Source: Shigella phage ChubbyThor. Taken from it: a DNA stretch of 64,000 nucleotides. The position numbers and the translations under genes are program-made. This document shows positions 18,473-27,865 of the stretch, piece by piece. Where the stretch lies: the sequence record OL615013; one strand, 5' to 3'. How positions within the stretch are numbered: the stretch's first letter is position 1; each line of letters begins with the position of its first letter. The notes beneath the pieces are model-generated. The model was not told where the DNA came from. It searched no databases and saw only the letters and a list, made by a program, of their open reading frames with translations.

Positions 18473-18492
18473 AGGGGTGATCTCTCACCCCT
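18473..18492 (-). repeat. intercistronic stem-loop between nrdA and nrdB (AGGGGTGAtctcTCACCCCT)
   Basis: 8-bp stem, no U-tract. Confidence 0.45.
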
Positions 18493-18523
18493 GATGATAT
18501 AACGGCAGCAGATTTAGACCAAT

Positions 18524-20812
18524 TTATACAACACAGCTATCGCACTGAGTTTCCTCAGCCTGCTTCAGCTCTTCGTCTTCCTTGGCGTCCTTGTTTGTGT
18601 TGTAATACAGAGTCTTGCCACCCCACATATAGAACGACAGGATATCCTGCATCATCTTGGCGCGAGGGATCTTGCCATCTGGGTACTTCTCTGGGTCATA
18701 CCACGTGTTGGTACTGATGGACTGGTCAACCCAGCGCTGGATGACAGCAGCGGTCTTCAGGTACTCAATGCAGTCCAGGTCCCACTTGAGGTCATACAGC
18801 GGTCCAAGGGTCTCTACATCCGGAACAACCTGCTTGTATGCTCCGTCCTTGCTTCCTTTGACGCTCACCAAGCCCTTCGGTGGCTCAATGCCGTTCGTTG
18901 CGTTGAGGACTTGTGAGGAGCTTTCGGTAGGGGCTACCGCCAACAGAGTGGCATTGCGGATACCATAGGTCTTCAGGTCATCCTTCAGCTCATCCCAATC
19001 CAGCCCGTATGCCAGCCCTTCCGGCTTCTTACCATTTGGCAGGATGTCGAGTGGAAGCGGCTGAAGATCGGCGGTGACCTGCCCATTATTGTGGATGGTT
19101 CCGCGTTTACAAGCCCCGAACTTCATAGCCAGACGGTTGGATGCTTTGACCAGATAGAAGTGAAGGTGTGCCATCCACGCATCCAGCATCTCGAGGCCAG
19201 CTGGTGAACCGTAGCCCGTGAAGTTCTTGGCCAGGAAGTGAGCCACGTTCACGATACCAACACCCAGAGGACGATAGTCTTCAACAGCTTTACGAGCCTG
19301 AATCGCTGGATAGTCCTGATATTCCAACAGCATGTCCAGCGCAGACACCAACACGAACGCCACGTCTTCCATTTCCGTAGGATCTTCGAACGCCGTCAGG
19401 TTAAAGGAAGCCAGGGTACACAGAGCCACGCGTCCGTTTTCATCGTTGTACTGCTCGAACTCACGGGTCGGCAGGGTGATTTCAAGACACAGGTTGGAGC
19501 TGTAGATGGTGTCGAGGTTGAATGGGCTGTATTCATTCATGTGATCGACAAATGCGATGTAGATGCGGCCTGTGTCTGAACGCTGGTCTAACAGCATCTG
19601 GAACACTTCTTCGGCCTGCAGCTTCTTAGAACGAACCAGGCCTGCATCGGCGGCCTTGATCATGTTCTCATACAGAGTACGGAACTTGTCAACGTCGGCG
19701 AAGTATGCTTCGTACATTTCGCGGTTGTCTTTCGGGTCGAACAGATACAGAGGCTGCTTGGCAACCAGGCGCTCAAACATCACGCGGTTGATCTGAATAC
19801 CGTAGTCGATACGGCGTTCGCGGTTTTCTTCAGTGCCACGGTTATTCTTCAGTACAACGACGTCATCGAACTGGTAATGCCACAGAGGGATGTACGCTGT
19901 CGCCGCACCACCACGAATGCCGCCCTGGGAGCACGACTTGAGCGCCCCAGTGAGATACTTGATGAATGGGATCAGGCCTGTGTGAACCATCTCTCCACCG
20001 CGAATAGGACTGCCAATCCCACGGATAGCCCCGACGTCAAAGCCGATACCCGCACGTTTGGACACATAGTCAACGATGGTCTTGGCCGTTGCGTTGATAG
20101 AGTCCAGGGTGTCACCAGTTTTGATCAGGACACAGGAACTGAACTGACGGGTAGGAGTACGAACACCTGCCATAATCGGGGTGGGAAGACTGAACTTGCC
20201 TGTGCTGGCATATTCATAGAACTTCTTCACCATCTCCAGGCGGCTGTCTTTGTCCCAGTTAGAGAACAACGCCATGGCGATGCCCATGTACATGACCTGT
20301 GGGGTTTCGTAGAAGATCTTGCTGTCTTTCTTGGAACGGTCGCGCAGCAGATACTTCTCTGTCAGCTGGCCCATGGCCGCCCACGTGAAGTTCTTATCGC
20401 GTTTGTGGTTAATGACATCGTTCAGCTCGTTGAACTCTTCGGTCGTGTAGAGATCAAGGAACTCACGATCATACACGCGCTGTTTGATGTTCTTGACGAA
20501 GATATCCAGCAGGTGAGGCGGCTTGTACTGGCCATAGACAGCCTTGCGCAGATCATATGACTTCAGACGAGCAGCCACATACTGGTAATTGGGTTTGTCT
20601 ACAGAGATCAGTGAAGCCGCAGCCTGGATGAGGATATCCTGAATGCGATCTGTTCTCATGTTGTCGGTGAACTGAATCTTCGATGCAGCGATTACCTCTG
20701 ACATTGATACACCAGTCAGGCCGTCACATGCGCGGTCTACGACTGCGTGTAGTTTCTCAATATCAAAGGGGACAGAAGATCCGTCACGTTTAATAACGTT
20801 AATTTCGCTCAT
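18524..20812 (-). CDS. nrdA: ribonucleotide reductase class Ia alpha subunit NrdA
   Basis: 762 aa; ATP-cone N-terminus, SNLCLEITLPT active-site loop, C-terminal CxxC...C tail. Confidence 0.9.
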   Translation of the reverse strand: MSEINVIKRDGSSVPFDIEKLHAVVDRACDGLTGVSMSEVIAASKIQFTDNMRTDRIQDILIQAAASLISVDKPNYQYVAARLKSYDLRKAVYGQYKPPHLLDIFVKNIKQRVYDREFLDLYTTEEFNELNDVINHKRDKNFTWAAMGQLTEKYLLRDRSKKDSKIFYETPQVMYMGIAMALFSNWDKDSRLEMVKKFYEYASTGKFSLPTPIMAGVRTPTRQFSSCVLIKTGDTLDSINATAKTIVDYVSKRAGIGFDVGAIRGIGSPIRGGEMVHTGLIPFIKYLTGALKSCSQGGIRGGAATAYIPLWHYQFDDVVVLKNNRGTEENRERRIDYGIQINRVMFERLVAKQPLYLFDPKDNREMYEAYFADVDKFRTLYENMIKAADAGLVRSKKLQAEEVFQMLLDQRSDTGRIYIAFVDHMNEYSPFNLDTIYSSNLCLEITLPTREFEQYNDENGRVALCTLASFNLTAFEDPTEMEDVAFVLVSALDMLLEYQDYPAIQARKAVEDYRPLGVGIVNVAHFLAKNFTGYGSPAGLEMLDAWMAHLHFYLVKASNRLAMKFGACKRGTIHNNGQVTADLQPLPLDILPNGKKPEGLAYGLDWDELKDDLKTYGIRNATLLAVAPTESSSQVLNATNGIEPPKGLVSVKGSKDGAYKQVVPDVETLGPLYDLKWDLDCIEYLKTAAVIQRWVDQSISTNTWYDPEKYPDGKIPRAKMMQDILSFYMWGGKTLYYNTNKDAKEDEELKQAEETQCDSCVV

Positions 20813-20871
20813 TTATATTTCCTGGATTTATTGGTGAATGAACTCCACCCCAATAATAAACTCTTCGGGGC

Positions 20872-21531
20872 TTATTGACTTACAAACTCTAACCACTCTG
20901 GGTCGGCTTTGGGATTCCACCCAGATTTAAATTTATTAATCATTGTGAAATGCGGAGTCGTCTTGTTTTTGAACCCAAACGCTTTCGCCATGAACGTGCA
21001 ACCTTTTTGGTTGCACAACCACCAATCATAATATTCGTCGGCGCGTTTCCATATATCCAAAGACTCTTTGGTGGCATGGTTACTTTCCCAAGGTTGTTTT
21101 ATCACGCAGATATTGTTTTCCTTCAAACGTTTAGACTGTATTTCCCGCAAATGAGGATACTTTACATGTGTCTGTTTCATTTGATCGGAACGAATTTTCC
21201 TCAAATTAGGGTTGTCTTTGTACATCTGTTTATTGGAATGAGAAAGTTTTCTCCGCAACCAACCGAATAATTTGTTACAAGATCTACCGGAGAATTCATT
21301 GTTTACGCACATAGCATTAGCTGCAAATGCTAATTTGAAATTTTTGGGATATATTTTGACTAACAATTGATGTGCCAAATAATGTTCTTCTGGTGTCAAC
21401 TCCACCAGATTATGTTTGTCATCTTTCCCTCCCATACATCTAGGGATAATATGGTGGGTTTCAGAATAACCAACCAATGAACGGGTCTTGGCTCTTTGTA
21501 TCAGAGAGTCATAGATATTTTGATAATTCAT
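20872..21531 (-). mobile_element. free-standing HNH homing endonuclease gene
   Basis: 219 aa; ETHHIIPRCMGG...HN...EEHYLAH HNH motif; AT-richer than flanks; sits between nrdA and phoH. Confidence 0.7.
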
Positions 21532-21600
21532 GATTAGTCTCGGAACATATTATACGCCGCCCTCGTAGATTGAAGGCGGCGGGGAGTGTTGGTGAGTTAC

Positions 21601-22443
21601 TTAAATGTCGTACAGATCGTTGACTTCCAGCATCAGGCGGGTGAAGTCACCACGCCCGTTGCGGTCGGACTTGTCGAATTCGATGATACTGAACGGCTGG
21701 ACCCATTCAGGGTACTCATCACCGACACCAACACCATCGATCTTCAGAGTTCCGGCCTCCAGCTTGGCGTTGAAGTCGCGGAAGGAACCGACGTACCTTT
21801 CCAGGGCGCTATCACGCAGGCGCTTGTTGGACTGTTTGATGTCACCGTTGACAAAGATGTAGGTTGAATCAGATGCGCGGGTCAGCAGGTTCTTCAGCTG
21901 CTCCATATCGCATTCTTGGGCTTCTTCGATGATCAAGAAGGTGTCGTCAAAGGTCATCCCCTTGATGGTCTCCAGATCCTGGATCTCGATGATCCGCTTC
22001 TCCCACAGGTAGTTGAAGAAACCGTCGCTGCCAGTATCGGTCTTCAGCACCTTCTTCAACGTCTGAATCAGGGGCATCAGGTATGGCATGAGCTTTTCGT
22101 ACGTGTCGCCAGGACGGAAGCCTGCTGTCTGACCTGTTGGCAGCGGAGAGCGCGTGATGACGATCTTGCTGACAACTTTATCGATCAGTAGCTTGGCGGC
22201 GGCTGAGGCACCACAGTACGATTTACCTGTACCAGCAGGACCGATCGCGATGGTGAGGTTTTCTTCAAGAGCAGATTGATATGCGAGGTTCTGATTCTCT
22301 GAGAGGCCATTGAACGGAGCGATTCTAAAGTCACCTTTGGAGAACTTCATCCAGTCATCTTCTTTCTGAACAGTCTCCTTCTTACGTGCTGACTTGGTCT
22401 TGCCCGCTGGCTTCATACTTACAACTTTGGTGGCAGATTGCAT
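21601..22443 (-). CDS. phoH: PhoH-like ATPase
   Basis: Walker A IAIGPAGTGKSY and PhoH-type C-terminal blocks; start taken at internal Met (~22443). Confidence 0.8.
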   Translation of the reverse strand: MQSATKVVSMKPAGKTKSARKKETVQKEDDWMKFSKGDFRIAPFNGLSENQNLAYQSALEENLTIAIGPAGTGKSYCGASAAAKLLIDKVVSKIVITRSPLPTGQTAGFRPGDTYEKLMPYLMPLIQTLKKVLKTDTGSDGFFNYLWEKRIIEIQDLETIKGMTFDDTFLIIEEAQECDMEQLKNLLTRASDSTYIFVNGDIKQSNKRLRDSALERYVGSFRDFNAKLEAGTLKIDGVGVGDEYPEWVQPFSIIEFDKSDRNGRGDFTRLMLEVNDLYDI

Positions 22444-22522
22444 GGGAACCTTCCTATATCTCAGGGGTGTCATCAACCTTAATTAAGGCGACACACCCAG
22501 CATACCCGAGGGGTGGATAAAG

Positions 22523-22544
22523 AAAAAGGCCGTTTCCGGCCTTT
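22523..22544 (-). terminator. intrinsic terminator (GGCCGgaaaCGGCC + U-run on minus RNA)
   Basis: Between endolysin stop and phoH start. Confidence 0.6.
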
Positions 22545-22547
22545 GAG

Positions 22548-23360
22548 TTAACTGAAACTCTTGTATGCAGCAGCGAGCTTCGTGTCGTACTGGTTCTTGG
22601 CATACGCCGGACCATTATAGCGCCGCGCAAACTCAGCCCAGTTCTTGTCCTTCAGAGCCTGCCAGAGCTTGGCGTCGGCCTTGATGAACTTCACGAATGC
22701 CATCAGATGAGCACGTTCGCCCGTCAAGAAGTCATTGAACATCTCCTTGGCGTTGGCGTACCCACAGACCTGGCAGTTGAAGCCCATGATCTGGAAGAGG
22801 CCGTAAGAGGCGCTCTCGTACGCACAATCCTCGTCGATGTTAATGGCTGCATGGAGTCGATCCAACTCCGCGTCGCCGCCCGTGTACCCGCCTGCCACTG
22901 GACTGACAAGGGTTGGATACATTTGACCAGCCGCGTTCGCCCGAGCCTGCCCGAACTTCGCCATCATCTTCTTGTACATGATGTGACGCTCAAACAACGT
23001 CTTGATCTTACCAGACTTGGTGAAGCCAGTGCCACGGGATTCAACCTGATTGACTGCCTTCACAGAGGCGAGGTCAACTCCCAGCTGGTTGGCTGCGTCG
23101 ATAAGGTCAGCCTCAGTCAGGTGATCCTGATGGGCGTCTCCGGCGTTGCGAATAGCATAGGAGGTCTTTGGACCCACAATACCATCAATGACAAGCCCCG
23201 CACCCGCCTGAACAGTCTTGACAGCGTTCTCTGTTGCCTTACCAAAGATGCCGTCAGCGACGAGGGTGAAGCCGATTTTGTTGAGGCTCTGCTGAAGTGA
23301 TTTGACTTCAGTGCCACGGTTGCCAAGTTTTAGAATGGCCATAAGAAAATACCTCCGCAA
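22548..23360 (-). CDS. endolysin: two N-terminal peptidoglycan-binding repeats plus C-terminal N-acetylmuramidase-like domain
   Basis: 270 aa; repeats GFTLVADGIFGKATENAVKTVQ / GLVIDGIVGPKTSYAIRNAG; catalytic region GLFQIMGFN. Confidence 0.75.
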   Translation of the reverse strand: MRRYFLMAILKLGNRGTEVKSLQQSLNKIGFTLVADGIFGKATENAVKTVQAGAGLVIDGIVGPKTSYAIRNAGDAHQDHLTEADLIDAANQLGVDLASVKAVNQVESRGTGFTKSGKIKTLFERHIMYKKMMAKFGQARANAAGQMYPTLVSPVAGGYTGGDAELDRLHAAINIDEDCAYESASYGLFQIMGFNCQVCGYANAKEMFNDFLTGERAHLMAFVKFIKADAKLWQALKDKNWAEFARRYNGPAYAKNQYDTKLAAAYKSFS

Positions 23361-23411
23361 TGAATGCGAAGGTATTTAAAGTGAAAGTGAACTACTTGAG
23401 GAACTGCTGCA

Positions 23412-23711
23412 CTACATCGATTCGAGCATGGAGTTATATTTGGCTATCTTTCGACCAAAGCCTTGCTTCATGCCATTATAAGCACCGACCGCAGTGTCAT
23501 ACCCCTTTGTGGACATGTACTGATTTATGTCGTCGGTGCGCGCTAACCAATGACCTTCCTGCTGCCTGTAAATCAGAGTCAGGATAGAAGACTCGGACGT
23601 TACCATGATTCTGCCCGTAATCCTGATTACGGATGATACCCAGACTTTGCCCGTCACTTCTTTAAGGTGGGCGCAAGAGGCTTCGGCCAATTGCTCAAGA
23701 GTCATTTTCAT
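23412..23711 (-). CDS. hypothetical protein
   Basis: ORF track 99 aa. Confidence 0.4.
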   Translation of the reverse strand: MKMTLEQLAEASCAHLKEVTGKVWVSSVIRITGRIMVTSESSILTLIYRQQEGHWLARTDDINQYMSTKGYDTAVGAYNGMKQGFGRKIAKYNSMLESM

Positions 23712-23893
23712 CTTGCCACCACAGGCATGACTTCGTTGAAGGACGTACGAACTTCAGTGTCGTACCCGTATTTTTCCAGGACTGCTAACATCGCCTGCTC
23801 GAGTTCCTCTTGGAACTGAGGGAAGACTTTGTTCGGAATGCGGTCAGCAACCCAGAGAGCGCCTGAAGAGGCTTGAATGACAGCGCGGGGCAT
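23708..23893 (-). CDS. hypothetical protein
   Basis: ORF track 61 aa. Confidence 0.35.
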   Translation of the reverse strand: MPRAVIQASSGALWVADRIPNKVFPQFQEELEQAMLAVLEKYGYDTEVRTSFNEVMPVVAR

Positions 23894-23922
23894 GGTAATC
23901 TCCTACCAAAAATCTGAATGAG

Positions 23923-23940
23923 AGGGGAGTTGCCTCCCCT
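23923..23940 (-). repeat. stem-loop element family B copy (AGGGGAG-GCAA-CUCCCCU on minus RNA, GNRA tetraloop)
   Basis: Identical 18-mer also at ~49833; near-identical at ~807. Confidence 0.6.
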
Positions 23941-23954
23941 GTTATGCGTCTGGC

Positions 23955-24443
23955 TTAGGCCAGTTTGCTCACCAGAGCTTCAACTGCGTCGGCGCTCAGT
24001 TTACCCATTTTGACGTACTGGGTTTTGGCTTCGCCGCCTGCTGCTTTCACGATGTCTTCGTTTGCGTAGCCTTTCTTAGGGAAGACCATCACAGAGAAGG
24101 AACCGTTGTTCAGCGGGTTCAGCTGGATGCGACCTTTACCAACTACGATGGTGCCGTAAGTTTCGGTGTTCGCTTCGACGACGTGGATGTCGTGACCCAG
24201 GTCTTTCAGCATGCCAACTTTGTCGGCGGTCTTAGCAACCACAGCTTTGTCAACCACAACCTGCTCTACCAGGGTGAAGCCGTTAGTCGCTTTCACTTTG
24301 CCGTTCAGCAGGTTCATGAAGGAAGTTTTACCACCAGTGAAGCCAGCTGCCTGAGCGATGCGGAACATTTCAACTTTAGCAACTTCGGTGTTCAGTTCGA
24401 AAGAGATGGTGCCGTTGGTGATCAGAGTTTTGGTAGTAGCCAT
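23955..24443 (-). CDS. hypothetical protein, probably highly expressed early product
   Basis: ORF track 23955..24479; start at MATTKT (~24443); strong promoter and leader upstream. Confidence 0.5.
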   Translation of the reverse strand: MATTKTLITNGTISFELNTEVAKVEMFRIAQAAGFTGGKTSFMNLLNGKVKATNGFTLVEQVVVDKAVVAKTADKVGMLKDLGHDIHVVEANTETYGTIVVGKGRIQLNPLNNGSFSVMVFPKKGYANEDIVKAAGGEAKTQYVKMGKLSADAVEALVSKLA

Positions 24444-24516
24444 GATGTAATTCCTCATAATGTAGTTGGTTCGTTTCACTTTTCATTCGGCGGTGTGTTG
24501 CCGCCCTATGTGAACT

Positions 24517-24546
24517 ATAATAGTGCATCATTATTGAAGAGTAAAG
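24517..24546 (-). promoter_or_regulatory. sigma70/T4-early-type promoter (TTTACT-17 nt-TATTAT) with AT-rich UP-like tract
   Basis: Minus-strand motif ~80 nt upstream of the 24443 start. Confidence 0.5.
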
Positions 24547-24582
24547 TCTTTTTCAATAAATTTTTAAAATAATTTTGAAGTA

Positions 24583-24610
24583 TTTTAAAAGGCCTCATTC
24601 GACGAGGCCT
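24583..24610 (-). terminator. intrinsic terminator (AGGCCUCgucgaauGAGGCCU + UUUU)
   Basis: Follows stop of 24639..24845 gene. Confidence 0.55.
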
Positions 24611-24638
24611 GGAGGGAGGTGATGTGAAGTAAAAAGTT

Positions 24639-24845
24639 TTAGCTCGGGCGAACTCTTACAAACTCTCTGGCCAATTCGGCCTGCTCAGCGCTGATAGGAA
24701 CCCCATGGAAGTCCACCTGGCCATTCTTCCAGCCGTGGATGAAACTCGGGGACTCTTCCCCAGATAGGACATACCCCTCACGAGATTTCAAGTATCCCCG
24801 CACGATCTCCCCGTCGTCCAGTTTGTTCAGTTCTTCTAACGTCAT
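24639..24845 (-). CDS. hypothetical protein
   Basis: ORF track 68 aa. Confidence 0.4.
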   Translation of the reverse strand: MTLEELNKLDDGEIVRGYLKSREGYVLSGEESPSFIHGWKNGQVDFHGVPISAEQAELAREFVRVRPS

Positions 24846-25900
24846 TTCACTTTCCTCAGTTCAGCGAATTGTAATGAAGCGGCCATACCCTGGTAGACGT
24901 TCTTGGCGATCAGCTTCAGGAGGTCTTGTATCGGCATGTTGCCCTTTGATGGCATGACCATGTCGTTGATATCCTTCCACGGAACGTCCGGTGGGAACAG
25001 CACGACCTTGACACCTTTATCTATCATCTTCTGAATACCATCACAGACCTGCGGGTTCCGGTACTGGTTGTCAGGGATATAGATGTCGCCCTTCACGCTC
25101 AACAAGTCGGCATCTGCTGACGCCATACAATTCGGCAGGAAGAGGCTATCAATCGGACCTTCCACCACCAGCTTGGTCTTGTGAATGTTCACCCGGTCTT
25201 CCCCATAGACTTTGGTGTCCTCGTCCTTGGGCTTGACTGTCGCGTATCGCAGGGTCGCGTTCTTGTCGAATGCACGCCCCTGAACGACCTTCATCCGCCC
25301 GTCTTGCGTCCAGAATGGAATCACCAGCCGTTCGTCATCAGGGATCTTCAGTTGCTTTTCGGGGTCTGTTTCAAACAGCTTCAGGTCTTCACGAAAGCGC
25401 TGTGTGTAGTACAGTAAGGACCAAGTGCTCTCCGGCAGCCCTCGCCACTGTACGTACTGTCGAGCCTTATGGTCAGGCGGTAGTAGATCAAGCCGGAGCA
25501 TATTGCCGAGGAGGCTTTCGTCGCGTTTTGCCGCCACTGAGCCAATACGGGCGGTCTGTGTCAGCTTTGGCAACGGCTTCAGGGAAGGAAGTGGTCTGCC
25601 TGACGTATCACCCAGCAGGCGGAACTTCTCCATGTTGTACTCTGTTGAGAGGCGTTCGTCGAACTTCTTCAGCCAGAACTCAAATGACCAGCCATTCATC
25701 TGGTTGCAGTTGTGGCACTTGAACCGGAAGCAGTCATGATCCCGATCATAGAAGAAGTATCCACGGCGCTTGTTAGCAGACTTCGTGGAGTCACCACACA
25801 GGGGACAACGGAAGTTTGCGACAGTACCAACGCGCTCCCACTTGAACTTGTCAAGGCGGGGCGACACGTTGTTGATAAATTGCTCGTCAAGAAATTTCAT
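24842..25900 (-). CDS. 61: DNA primase gp61
   Basis: Cys4 zinc ribbon CPLCGDS...CHNCN followed by TOPRIM VEGPIDSLFLPN; start at MKFLDEQ (~25900). Confidence 0.75.
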   Translation of the reverse strand: MKFLDEQFINNVSPRLDKFKWERVGTVANFRCPLCGDSTKSANKRRGYFFYDRDHDCFRFKCHNCNQMNGWSFEFWLKKFDERLSTEYNMEKFRLLGDTSGRPLPSLKPLPKLTQTARIGSVAAKRDESLLGNMLRLDLLPPDHKARQYVQWRGLPESTWSLLYYTQRFREDLKLFETDPEKQLKIPDDERLVIPFWTQDGRMKVVQGRAFDKNATLRYATVKPKDEDTKVYGEDRVNIHKTKLVVEGPIDSLFLPNCMASADADLLSVKGDIYIPDNQYRNPQVCDGIQKMIDKGVKVVLFPPDVPWKDINDMVMPSKGNMPIQDLLKLIAKNVYQGMAASLQFAELRKVK

Positions 25901-26511
25901 TAGATCTTCGGCCTCTGGAACACTTCGGTCACAGTATAGTCTACACCACGACTTTGAGCTATACACAGTTGGCGCCAAGCCCCATACAGGATATTCTGCT
26001 CCCCAGCCGTGTTGCGCTCAAAGTGGGCGAAGCCGTCGAGGAGTTCCATGTAGCTGCGCATATGTCGGGTAACGGTTCTTCCTCTCTTGATCTGTTCATC
26101 AAGATACTTCTGATAATGCTCTGGTGATGACAATGAAGAGTACTGCATGTCTGGCACATGAACTGGCATCAGGGACTTGCGGGGTGTGAAGTAGAACAAC
26201 CCCCACTTTGGTGGCAGGTCTTCAACCCTGATCACATCCTGAGGGCAGACATAAAAGCGGTATGCGCCCATCCCTGTTGTGGGGTCCATCCGATGGGGCT
26301 TCTTCTTGTCAGTGAGGAAGTCGGCGCGGGACACCTTCACTTCCATCAGGACAGAGCACCCGCCTGAACGAAACCCGATGGCATCAGGTGATTCTTTGTT
26401 GTCAAACGAATTTGGCTCGATGAAGACAGCGCCGCAGTTCATGCGACCGCGCAGGTAGTTGGCCGCGATCTCACATCCTTCACGATGTGTCGGGGTAAAG
26501 ATTTTGCTCAT
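25900..26511 (-). CDS. putative PD-(D/E)xK-family nuclease
   Basis: PDAIGF...SVLMEVKVSRADF (D...E-x-K arrangement); start at MSKIFTPT (~26511). Confidence 0.35.
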   Translation of the reverse strand: MSKIFTPTHREGCEIAANYLRGRMNCGAVFIEPNSFDNKESPDAIGFRSGGCSVLMEVKVSRADFLTDKKKPHRMDPTTGMGAYRFYVCPQDVIRVEDLPPKWGLFYFTPRKSLMPVHVPDMQYSSLSSPEHYQKYLDEQIKRGRTVTRHMRSYMELLDGFAHFERNTAGEQNILYGAWRQLCIAQSRGVDYTVTEVFQRPKI

Positions 26512-26568
26512 TGTCCTTTCCTTTCGGTGAATAATGAGCAAAATTATATGCCTTTATTTCGTATTGAC

Positions 26569-26922
26569 TTACGACAGCTGCTTCAGTTTGTAGATCGTCT
26601 GATAGCACAGCGTCTTGATTTCATCAAGCGTGTTCTGAAGGTGGGAGTCACACTGCCTGTAGATGCCATCGACGTCTATCACCACGCTGTTGACATAGGA
26701 GATAGGGTCTGGGTTATAGAGCTTGATGTTCTCAAACGACGGAACGTACTGGCCACCCGCACCGATGTATGCTTCGGTAAACGTGTCCAGCAAGTCCTCC
26801 AGTTCCCCGTAGAACTCCCCGAGTGCCTTGTGCTTGGCGTAGGACGTTGTAACGAAGTGCAGGGCATGAGAGTGGGCTATAGCAAGCAGTCCACGGTTGA
26901 TGAAAATACTCGCGTTAACCAT
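26569..26922 (-). CDS. hypothetical protein
   Basis: ORF track 117 aa. Confidence 0.4.
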   Translation of the reverse strand: MVNASIFINRGLLAIAHSHALHFVTTSYAKHKALGEFYGELEDLLDTFTEAYIGAGGQYVPSFENIKLYNPDPISYVNSVVIDVDGIYRQCDSHLQNTLDEIKTLCYQTIYKLKQLS

Positions 26923-26971
26923 GATGTTGTCCTCAGAAAAAGAAATCCCCCTGTATTTAGGGGGATTGTCA

Positions 26972-27211
26972 TCACGGCTTGACCAGAGTCATCTTGACGG
27001 TTTCACCCGTGTCGGTGTCTGTCAGGGTCATGACGTCTTGTGCGTTCACAGACTTCACTTTCCCTTGTCTCTTGTCGCCGTTGCGATTGTAGTAGTCGAT
27101 CAGTTCGCCTTTGGTTGGGCGGCCAACATCGGTGATGTCATACTGTCCACGCTTGCCCAGCGCCCGGTGGTCGACCTTTGCCTCTGTCAGGAAGTCTTTA
27201 AACCCTTTCAT
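26972..27211 (-). CDS. hypothetical protein
   Basis: ORF track 79 aa. Confidence 0.4.
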   Translation of the reverse strand: MKGFKDFLTEAKVDHRALGKRGQYDITDVGRPTKGELIDYYNRNGDKRQGKVKSVNAQDVMTLTDTDTGETVKMTLVKP

Positions 27212-27220
27212 ACAACCTCC

Positions 27221-27790
27221 TTAGACAGGCTTGACGCCGAGGAACTTGGCGATATCAGCAGCCAGGTTTTTACCCTTGCTGATGTCGTGTTCTTTACCGC
27301 CGACAGTAACGATCACATATGGGTCGTCTTCACCGCCGAAGTTCACAGACACAGCCTTACCATGGCCGGGGATGCCAGAGTATTCGAACTCAGTGCGACC
27401 ACTCTTGCGAGACTTGCCAACACCCAGTGCTTTACCGATCATCTTGTCCATGTTCGCCAGTTCCTGAGCATAGGCTTCGGTCACCTGGCCTTTGTCAGCA
27501 GACTTGCCAAAGAAGAATTCGAAGCCGTCATGGACAGCAACGACTTCCTGACCTTGGGAGATACCGTGAGTCTGGTCTGGGGTCAGCTTCACCTTGATGG
27601 TATTGCCGTTGGTTAACTCCAGGTTGTAGACATCCGCCTGATTGTCAGGAGTGATCTGGGTCACGGTAGCACCGGAGCACCACTGAGTGCCGTCAGCTTG
27701 CTTGGTGATGGATACGCTTTTGCCCTGGACACCAGCATGGGTCTGAGGCTGAGCAGCTTGTTCTTTAAAGTATTGAAGGAACGGTTTCAT
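27221..27790 (-). CDS. hypothetical protein, probable late (virion-associated?) product
   Basis: 189 aa; minus-strand TATAAATA ~26 nt upstream of start. Confidence 0.45.
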   Translation of the reverse strand: MKPFLQYFKEQAAQPQTHAGVQGKSVSITKQADGTQWCSGATVTQITPDNQADVYNLELTNGNTIKVKLTPDQTHGISQGQEVVAVHDGFEFFFGKSADKGQVTEAYAQELANMDKMIGKALGVGKSRKSGRTEFEYSGIPGHGKAVSVNFGGEDDPYVIVTVGGKEHDISKGKNLAADIAKFLGVKPV

Positions 27791-27815
27791 CTCGAATCTC
27801 CTCGGGGATTTCAGT

Positions 27816-27823
27816 TATTTATA
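27816..27823 (-). promoter_or_regulatory. T4-type late promoter TATAAATA (minus strand), overlapping a GC hairpin
   Basis: Plus-strand tatttata; hairpin AAGCCCCcgaaGGGGCTT immediately 3' on plus. Confidence 0.5.
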
Positions 27824-27865
27824 AGCCCCCGAAGGGGCTTTATTCTGTTCAAGTCCAGCTAGTTT

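Noticed and set aside
17351-20812. Group I intron in nrdB or nrdA, as found in T4
   Set aside because: Both reading frames are continuous and full length (367 and 762 aa); the only nearby endonuclease is free-standing.
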